DNA of 64,000 nucleotides. Origin: a virus. Its lineage: Duplodnaviria > Caudoviricetes. Position 1 is the stretch's first letter. Each line of letters opens with the position of its first letter. Below are positions 57,801 through 64,000 of this stretch, piece by piece. The position numbers and the translations under genes are program-made. The notes under the pieces are model-generated. The model ran no database searches. It saw only the letters and a program-made list of their open reading frames with translations, and was not told the origin of the DNA. The stretch is taken from IMG/VR virus record IMGVR_UViG_3300026549_000039, positions 1 to 64,000 of that record, one strand, 5' to 3'.

Positions 57801-58967
57801 GTACTGGAAGATTGGTTCCCAGAGGGTAAAGACAAGTCATGGTGGGTCGAGCCTATCTACACATACAACAAGTATGGTGAGATCGTTTACTATTATGGCT
57901 GCTGGTTACACCAGAAGGTAACATTCCAGTACCCATTCCCGGCTTCCTCTGTTGTCACAGTCTACCCAGACTTAGGTATGATTGATGGCATTGCACATGT
58001 CGGTAGTGGTACAGTGTGTGCTGTTCCTCGCGATGTCGATGTTACAGAGGAGTTCTCGTGGTCTAGGTATACTAAGTATCCAGCATCGTTAGATGCAGAC
58101 CACAAGGATCTCAACAAGTATATGGCAACAGGCATCATGGCAGCTGAGGCAGATATTGACCTTATGCTATCCCCGCTGGATTACTACATACCGTCGAACG
58201 TACTGGCATGGGCTGATGGCATCTTGCCCTTGAAGTGGAAGGGTGGTGAAGTAACAACAACCACAGCCCTAACACAGTTCATGGAAGAGTACTGGCTTGA
58301 TGTATACTTGTATCAGCAAAAGTTGGACCCTGTTGCCTATGTTAGAAAGAGACAGCAGGATACAACCCTAGCAAAACTTGGTAGTCTAAAAGAGAACAAA
58401 CTCTGTAGGACTCGAAGAGATGGGGCGCGTAAAGGAGAAAGCGCTGCTGAAGACTATGTTGCTGGTCCATTAGTCTATCCATGGTCAGCTATAGATGGTA
58501 TACAGTCAGCCTGCACTGAAATATGCTCTGGTGTCATAATGGCAGTTACCCCAACAAAGATTTACCGTGGGGACATAGCCCTCCACAAGTTCATCTCGAT
58601 ATACAATGATCGAGTAATAGGTGAGGGGCTGGACATCTACATTGGGAAGGTTCTAATTGGTAAGGAGAAGATCGTGAAGGTGAAGCTACAGCACGCCGGT
58701 TACTCATTGATGCAGCTGAAGAACTTCAAGATTGAAATCATACCTGATATGAACTTCCCCTACTGGCAGTACGTTGAGTTGTCCCTGGATAAGACTACCT
58801 GGAGCAGAAGTTTCACATGGAATAAGCGACAGTTGATGCCTGTGTCTGAGCTGTACAACGCAGAGCATTATGAGTTCGAGTTCTGGGTGAAGGTGCTATG
58901 CTCTTCTACCTATGATGATCCAAAACCTGTAAAGGTTAAAACTACTTACGAAAGGACGGGAAGCTGA
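54810..58967 (+). CDS. adhesin: repeated domain, Pro linker, two C-type lectin domains, C-terminal Ig-like domain
   Basis: TWEEAR..C..LGGHL..I.S.EEN, WIG, W..GQPD, W[HN]D all occur twice. Confidence 0.9.
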   Translation: MAWVKTSVHNDPVQPGAPGTIALSGHRISYFWTVPRGSKDIRFEIPYMVRTPEAANAESALLGKYDSEVRDDIISGVLNFDSNDPNYMNLIEEEVKRRFEADPDYYRIVTDGYTVYPRNGIAESLFDPPSQYLDTYGSLRYGGSTSYQDYWIMPFMCYSHGASIQVFHTNGKLLTGSLLTGYDKSRGGLYDDSHYPVNVSTYYTDGRKWFASGLWADFHDFHTVDRNLPPGAPSSSYVWPTPGRTVTPSMVTDVLRERHPNVFGSAFNFDDTLVNQGRGEQIKYDDSTEYAFTVDGEEIIWTGCIFGTGPCNLSARAYMLGLYPYLEDLGVGYPVDPIISRPYEVLRISEAKEDLIIGFISDDGGYVYGEWYTDDGTPDPEPPEPPEPPTPPDPPTPPDPPTPPTPPDPPTPPTPEPPAYPNQIRYTNLEEVTPVRRGDDIVIPQPYAGIAVFRDGRYIVAGREKGRLVLVGPDDLVISSGDPFSLRHDYDKLICYGIAMHVSEESLYLLVGEEGSTDLYITRIEIIGRPSGCSAKCDCDDDCDCTTMSKIPADAVAFQGNYYKVYDQVVTWEEARIECERLGGHLCTIMSKEENNCVKELVTKAIGTPPSRWYGAWIGCYGDRTQWYWVNGAKVNYASWTPGQPDYVGSGPVYQGVIMVDGLWHDYSIGGKCNHFVCKWTGYPQPKSIPHDAVKFQRHYYKVYKQNVTWEEARTLCSDLGGHLAIITSQEENNLVQSLVSKAIGTPTGRYYGAWIGCERRDNGWYWVDDSKVNYTNWDAGQPDAAGGTECYGEIIVDGHWNDYHPYTKLDYFVCEWPEIDPGSPRFKWNPAFDIRLPSMTAKNIDYNDFQPIYWGQGWELGGYSPNGLQWITHLLKKKQPEVKNDWSKLHDDLAVNLTQFPMIGPVLPEYKPCITGVGARVMVSVVNVQVYQCSFDMKVWYENTAWKDEPWRWRNSPSSIRSMWESTLRSILKKRKLIDETKQQTTLDGPGIRTPPVLEDWFPEGKDKSWWVEPIYTYNKYGEIVYYYGCWLHQKVTFQYPFPASSVVTVYPDLGMIDGIAHVGSGTVCAVPRDVDVTEEFSWSRYTKYPASLDADHKDLNKYMATGIMAAEADIDLMLSPLDYYIPSNVLAWADGILPLKWKGGEVTTTTALTQFMEEYWLDVYLYQQKLDPVAYVRKRQQDTTLAKLGSLKENKLCRTRRDGARKGESAAEDYVAGPLVYPWSAIDGIQSACTEICSGVIMAVTPTKIYRGDIALHKFISIYNDRVIGEGLDIYIGKVLIGKEKIVKVKLQHAGYSLMQLKNFKIEIIPDMNFPYWQYVELSLDKTTWSRSFTWNKRQLMPVSELYNAEHYEFEFWVKVLCSSTYDDPKPVKVKTTYERTGS

Positions 58968-61900
58968 TGCCTGGTGATGAAAACCTCCTTAAGATCATAA
59001 ACTACCCAGCACCGTGCTATCCGTTTGGTATGCGGTATCATCCCACCCATACCTACACGTTCCCTTATAGGGTACAAGCATTCGCTTATACCGATAGGCT
59101 GCATGGCAAATCGGCTATCTATTACCCGGATAGGGACAAGACGGGTGTCATTGAGATAACTACCTTCAAAGAGGGTAGCACTGTAGCGCCAGTGAGGAAA
59201 AGATTCCATGTGGATCATAGCACTTGGTATGAGTCTGATATCGGTGATGTGGTAGCAGTAGATATGGCCTTTGGGTACGACTACCAAAGGCTGTATATAC
59301 TGTTTAAGCAGAACCTATCCAATGGCAAAACCTACAGAGCATGGCTGTCCATGTACGATACCAATAAACCCTCAGAAACCCTGTTTGACCACTCGTGGGG
59401 CATACCTATGTATGGGTTTATCAAGGATATGGTACACCTGCATCCGTTCTCACCAGAGAATTTGGATACGGTTATAGACTACATCAAGGTCTGCGGTATG
59501 ACAGGAGATCTGATCCAGCGTCCAGAGCTGGATCAGACCTTCAACCTACTCTGTGCTCACGATAAGATTTTTGTTACCTTACCGGTAATGTTTAAGCCTA
59601 GAACAATGCCGTGGGATAAGGAAACAGAATGGACTGCCATGGACGCTAGGTGTCTGTATCAGGTATTGTTTATGTTCGACGAGACGGCTGCTACATTCAA
59701 CGCAGCAGCCGTCATCGGCGCTCTTTCTACGTGGCCCGAAGGCTGGGAAACGCCTATACCTGATATATTCCCTAGGCAACCATTGAAGACTAGGATGTTT
59801 TTTATGGATGACTGCGTAGGCTGGCAGCTTGCCCATTGTAGGGTGTTCCCTAAAGAATGGTTCACTGATAGAACTACTAGGTACAACAACTACAACATAT
59901 GGTACCTGAAGGGTGAATGGGATGCAGCTAATATGGTTGACCACTACTGGCAACCCTTGACCACTGAGGCTGTTCACATTGATGATCTAATCAGCACCCT
60001 TACTAAAGAGGGATCCACATTCCTAAAGCCTATGTCCTTTAGAACCCAGCAGTACTACGGTCAGACACCATTAGTTTCTGATTTGTACTATAAGGCTGCT
60101 TCGGATTGGAGCTTCCAGAGGGTGTATGGGTCTTGGGACCATCATATCCAGGAGTACGAAGTAAAGTATCATAATTTCAAGAGGAAGATACTGACTGGAT
60201 TTGAGGTTGAAACCACAGAGGTACGAACTGACTATACTCTCGAAAAACAGGAGTTCCATGTCTTACCTGGAGCTGGATTAGACCTTGCTGATCATATGCA
60301 AACAGTAGAGCTCCGCCAAGGCCACTATAGGGTAGAAATGCGTGGGGCAGACGGCGGCCCATCAAGGTACGTAGAAGGTAGTGACCCTGAGACTTTCCCA
60401 TCTTCGGGTGGAGCCGGTGCATCCGTATCCTTCGAGTTTGATATAAGTAGTACATCTCAGGCTCAGATATATGTTGGGCAAGCCGGGCAGGTTCGTGTAG
60501 GAGGAGTCTGTGGTGGCGGGAATGCTGGTACTTACCCAGCAGATCCTGTAGATCCAAACGGTATACCATCGATTGATGGCTTCTTGGTAAACCGTGGTCT
60601 AAAGTCTGGAAACCCAAGTATTGAAGGAGACTGCAAACTACTAAGGGTTCCAGCTGGCTACAAGCATATACGCCTTGTTTTAGCCGGTGTCTGCCCTGGT
60701 CATGGTATTACTCTTGTTGCCCTTAATCTAAATGGTTATCTATTGGTTGGGGCACCCGCTACACGGTACCCATCCCAGTATACAAACTGGCCCAACCGAG
60801 ACCTTGTACGGGCGTCTAGTCCAACCAGACCACCAAAAGACCCATCCTGGCGTGCAGCATGGTCTAGTCTAGGAAACGAGTATTTATATGGTATAGGTTT
60901 GGATAGCGTTCGTAACGAATACTGTAATGCCTGGTATCCGTACCTGTATATGAAATACTCACCAACTAGCTCGTTCCTAGACCCTACAACACTAGCACCT
61001 GATCTACCACCAAGTGCTGATTTAATCTCAGAGATTCTAAAGGCTCAGTTTCCTGGAACTATACCGTCTACATTCTCTTTTAATGACCGGATAGTAAATG
61101 GTACTGGTTCAGAAGCTCCTTATGTAATTCCAACCACGTCAATAGTTCCTCCTGCTTCACCATATACATTGGGATCCCTACCCAGTTACCTAGTAGGCGG
61201 AGAAACCATTGAGTGGAGTGGATCCGTAAAAGGATCTAACATAATAGCACCTGGTGTGCCTAACGGTTCTGTCTGGGAAGAAATGTACATTGATGAGGCT
61301 AAAAATGATATTCTGATAGGTCTAGTTGGCCTTCACCACTGGACTATGTATGCTGAATGGGAACCGCCAGAACCGACACCGCCCAACGCTGACATAATGG
61401 GTGGAGGAGGAGGAGGGTTCACAGGGTTCTTCCTGAATGGTATACCTTTGGGTATAGCCGGTGCAGGTGGTGGGGCTGGAGGCTCATTTGGTACCGGCGA
61501 CGCAAACGGTGGGCACGGAGGAGGAGTATCAGGAGGCTGGGGTCAGTATGATAACAAGGATGCACAGGAGCCTGGAACACAATCTACAGGATACGGTCTG
61601 TACAAGGGCCAGAGTGCTGTCACAGATGAGAACTCAAATGGCGGTGGAGGTGCTGGTTTTTACGGTGGAACAGCCAACAGGTCCAATGGATCCAGAATAG
61701 GATCTGGTGGTGGAGGTGGATCCTCGTTTGTACTGGGCGCATCTGGATATAATACAGGATACGCCTATCCTGATGTAACCATGAGCAATATAAGCGTTAC
61801 CCCTGGGTCTGGTACACCTGGTACCAACCCACAGGATGGATGGGTTACTATTGAAGGTTCCTACTATGAAATAAACCATCAGTACAAACCTATCTACTCA

Positions 61901-63175
61901 TTATTTGATCATGAGCTAGGCGACTTCTATTATCAATGCGCTGGTAAGTTTATCACACCAGACCGAATGCCGGTTCCTCCAGCTCCTCCACCTAGTCCAT
62001 CAATCTTTCAATGGAAAGACGGAGGATGTACTTACCCAGATCCAATAGAGGATCCAGGTGTACCAGTTACACCAATAGCTTATTTTGAGTATACGCCGCC
62101 TACTCCACCGTTACCAGACTTGGATATTATGTTCCTGGCAGACATGACTGGTTCTATGGATGCGCTCGTGTCAACCATTGGCTCATCCATGAAGTCCTTT
62201 GTTGACAAAATGCAGGCCAAAGGTTACATCAATACACAGTACGCCTTTGGTGTGTTTAACGACAACAATATACGACATATACCAATGACTGGTGGCGCTG
62301 TCTTTACCAAGGATGGACAAGAATTACAGAATGCTTTCAGTAGAGCTAGGTCAGCAGCGGGTTCAGCTGGTGGTCTTGAAAAGGGGGGGCAAGCTATATT
62401 AGATATGTATAATGTGGCACGGCCCACCATGATAAACCCGACTGGATCCCCAGGACAACCCAGCAAGTTGGTCCACTTTGTGATGATCACGGATGAGCCA
62501 TGCGACGATTCTGGGGCAACTACAGATGCAAACGCCGTCACCTTGCTGACTAGCCTAAATGCTGGTATACACTGGATTGTACCAGCGGCCACTGGTAGTT
62601 ATTTGTCTAGCACTCCATTTATCAATCGTACAGTAAATGCCGTCAATGGTTCTGTGATACCAGTAATGCAGATGGGTGGGTCTTGGGGCAATGAAGCAGC
62701 AGAGCGCATTATACAATCTATTGAGTCCACTATAGAGATCATAGAGGATGATACCAAGTATCAAGATTGGGCTCATGCTTTCCCTGGATTACCCGTGTTA
62801 GACTTAACACCCCCAAATACCGTTACATTCAAAAAGCATACTGCATTCAAGTTGGACCCTCCAGGACCTGAAGAGCGGCCAGTTGTACCGGGTTACACAG
62901 TGTATCACACATTCGCCATAGAGAATCTGGCCTGCCATGCCTACATGGTGGATGTACACTTGAAATCAAGAAGTGATAAACTGAAGCTAGGGTATCTTGC
63001 TGAATATGATCCAAACAAACCTGATCCAATCTTACCCCCCGACAAGAGCGAGGTGTCGTGGGATGAAATACCGCCTCATAGTGAAGCAGTTTTCACCATA
63101 CACACTGAGCTTGAGGGCTGCAACATTGAGGACATGCTGGAGTTCAGCTACCACCTTGAATTGAGGGATGATTGA
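58967..63175 (+). CDS. adhesin: Gly-rich domain with inserted repeated domain, vWA, C-terminal Ig-like domain
   Basis: GHYRVEMRGADGG...IYVGQAG...GGGGAGFYGG; DIMFLADMTGSM; MITDE. Confidence 0.88.
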   Translation: MPGDENLLKIINYPAPCYPFGMRYHPTHTYTFPYRVQAFAYTDRLHGKSAIYYPDRDKTGVIEITTFKEGSTVAPVRKRFHVDHSTWYESDIGDVVAVDMAFGYDYQRLYILFKQNLSNGKTYRAWLSMYDTNKPSETLFDHSWGIPMYGFIKDMVHLHPFSPENLDTVIDYIKVCGMTGDLIQRPELDQTFNLLCAHDKIFVTLPVMFKPRTMPWDKETEWTAMDARCLYQVLFMFDETAATFNAAAVIGALSTWPEGWETPIPDIFPRQPLKTRMFFMDDCVGWQLAHCRVFPKEWFTDRTTRYNNYNIWYLKGEWDAANMVDHYWQPLTTEAVHIDDLISTLTKEGSTFLKPMSFRTQQYYGQTPLVSDLYYKAASDWSFQRVYGSWDHHIQEYEVKYHNFKRKILTGFEVETTEVRTDYTLEKQEFHVLPGAGLDLADHMQTVELRQGHYRVEMRGADGGPSRYVEGSDPETFPSSGGAGASVSFEFDISSTSQAQIYVGQAGQVRVGGVCGGGNAGTYPADPVDPNGIPSIDGFLVNRGLKSGNPSIEGDCKLLRVPAGYKHIRLVLAGVCPGHGITLVALNLNGYLLVGAPATRYPSQYTNWPNRDLVRASSPTRPPKDPSWRAAWSSLGNEYLYGIGLDSVRNEYCNAWYPYLYMKYSPTSSFLDPTTLAPDLPPSADLISEILKAQFPGTIPSTFSFNDRIVNGTGSEAPYVIPTTSIVPPASPYTLGSLPSYLVGGETIEWSGSVKGSNIIAPGVPNGSVWEEMYIDEAKNDILIGLVGLHHWTMYAEWEPPEPTPPNADIMGGGGGGFTGFFLNGIPLGIAGAGGGAGGSFGTGDANGGHGGGVSGGWGQYDNKDAQEPGTQSTGYGLYKGQSAVTDENSNGGGGAGFYGGTANRSNGSRIGSGGGGGSSFVLGASGYNTGYAYPDVTMSNISVTPGSGTPGTNPQDGWVTIEGSYYEINHQYKPIYSLFDHELGDFYYQCAGKFITPDRMPVPPAPPPSPSIFQWKDGGCTYPDPIEDPGVPVTPIAYFEYTPPTPPLPDLDIMFLADMTGSMDALVSTIGSSMKSFVDKMQAKGYINTQYAFGVFNDNNIRHIPMTGGAVFTKDGQELQNAFSRARSAAGSAGGLEKGGQAILDMYNVARPTMINPTGSPGQPSKLVHFVMITDEPCDDSGATTDANAVTLLTSLNAGIHWIVPAATGSYLSSTPFINRTVNAVNGSVIPVMQMGGSWGNEAAERIIQSIESTIEIIEDDTKYQDWAHAFPGLPVLDLTPPNTVTFKKHTAFKLDPPGPEERPVVPGYTVYHTFAIENLACHAYMVDVHLKSRSDKLKLGYLAEYDPNKPDPILPPDKSEVSWDEIPPHSEAVFTIHTELEGCNIEDMLEFSYHLELRDD

Positions 63176-64000
63176 TGCACTTTTCATTCACCAGGGAGAG
63201 ACACCTTCTTCACCCACTAGGTACCCCTGATGATAACTATGTTATGGCAGCAGCAAAGATGCCTTGTTCATCTTTGCTGCTGGTCACTGACTCCCATCTC
63301 CACCGTATGTACCTGTACGACATGCGCAATCCGAACCTTGAAGTGCAGGACGAGAGGGAAGGTTATCACAGGAACGACCTGTCAATATCCAGCATACAGC
63401 TTCGTGATGAAATAGATGGCGAAGCTGTATGTGCTGATCTCTGCGTAGATGATGCGGGCTATAACATCTACGCCCTTATGCTTAGCACAAACAATGGTGG
63501 AGCTTGGATCAAGGTATACAGGCACATCAACAGGAAGCTGTATGACCTTAATTTGAGATACAGGCTAACTGAGAACAGGACACCTCTGACAGTTGTTAGA
63601 GATAAATGTTCTGACCTGGACCTGATAGGCCCCACCACACACATAGGCGAACCGTTCAGATACAATGACCTATGCTATGGAGCAGGCATAACGATTCTAA
63701 ATGGATATCTCTATGTACTTACAAGGCGTAGGGTACAAGCCGAATTTGTAACACGCGCTAGATATAATATGATTGGTCATGATCAGACCGTTACCTTAAC
63801 CCAAGAGGAAGCTGAAGGGCAACAGGGTGAAGAGAAGTATCGTGGATCCAGCAAACTTTATAAGCTCAGGCTGTATGAAAAGAGAACAGCAGAGTTACAA
63901 TTCAGCCTACTAACAAAGATGACGGCAGACTCTGGAGAGGTGATGGGTAATTACTACCTGTCTTATCCTGGTACAACAGATAATTTTAGTAAGGATGCTG
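63175..64000 (+). CDS. partial ORF running off the window, probably another propeller-type virion protein
   Basis: TGATG coupling; manual translation MHFSFTRERHLLHPLG...GAGITILNGYLYVLT, no stop seen. Confidence 0.75.
   Translation, partial: MHFSFTRERHLLHPLGTPDDNYVMAAAKMPCSSLLLVTDSHLHRMYLYDMRNPNLEVQDEREGYHRNDLSISSIQLRDEIDGEAVCADLCVDDAGYNIYALMLSTNNGGAWIKVYRHINRKLYDLNLRYRLTENRTPLTVVRDKCSDLDLIGPTTHIGEPFRYNDLCYGAGITILNGYLYVLTRRRVQAEFVTRARYNMIGHDQTVTLTQEEAEGQQGEEKYRGSSKLYKLRLYEKRTAELQFSLLTKMTADSGEVMGNYYLSYPGTTDNFSKDA

Noticed and set aside
1-64000. tRNA, rRNA, integrase, transposase, reverse transcriptase, terminase or major capsid genes
   Set aside because: No recognisable motifs by eye; divergent copies cannot be excluded without profile searches

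Overview
This window looks like the left end of a large tailed-phage genome, probably a phage-plasmid, using the standard genetic code and strong AGGAGG/GGTGA ribosome-binding sites. (1) 1-290: tandem repeats built on a TCACT(C/G)AGTG core and a TA-centred palindrome, possibly a terminus. (2) 0.3-14.4 kb: a GC-rich, all-plus-strand early cassette of small, often acidic proteins (one Ocr-like), an SF2 helicase and an ATP-dependent DNA ligase. It carries a complete type II hammerhead ribozyme (1774-1830) and a strand-polarised motif, WGACCCC (about 69 plus-strand GACCCC copies by manual count, about 6 on the minus strand), which largely stops at the putative origin. (3) 14.4-15.9 kb: a plasmid-type replicon with AT-rich repeats, 5 direct plus 2 inverted 19-bp iterons, a Rep-like gene and a probable antisense RNA over the rep leader. 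(4) 16-64 kb: mostly virion/adhesion genes: Ig, collagen and beta-helix fibres, a DGR-target-like lectin, a hub protein with a hydrophobic hairpin, a propeller+Ig paralogue family carrying vWA, C-type lectin and Gly-rich modules, and a five-copy unrecognised domain. A Dam-family methylase and an HNH-like gene are also present. I saw no capsid, terminase, integrase, reverse transcriptase, tRNA or CRISPR array. All protein calls are motif recognition by eye, not database results.
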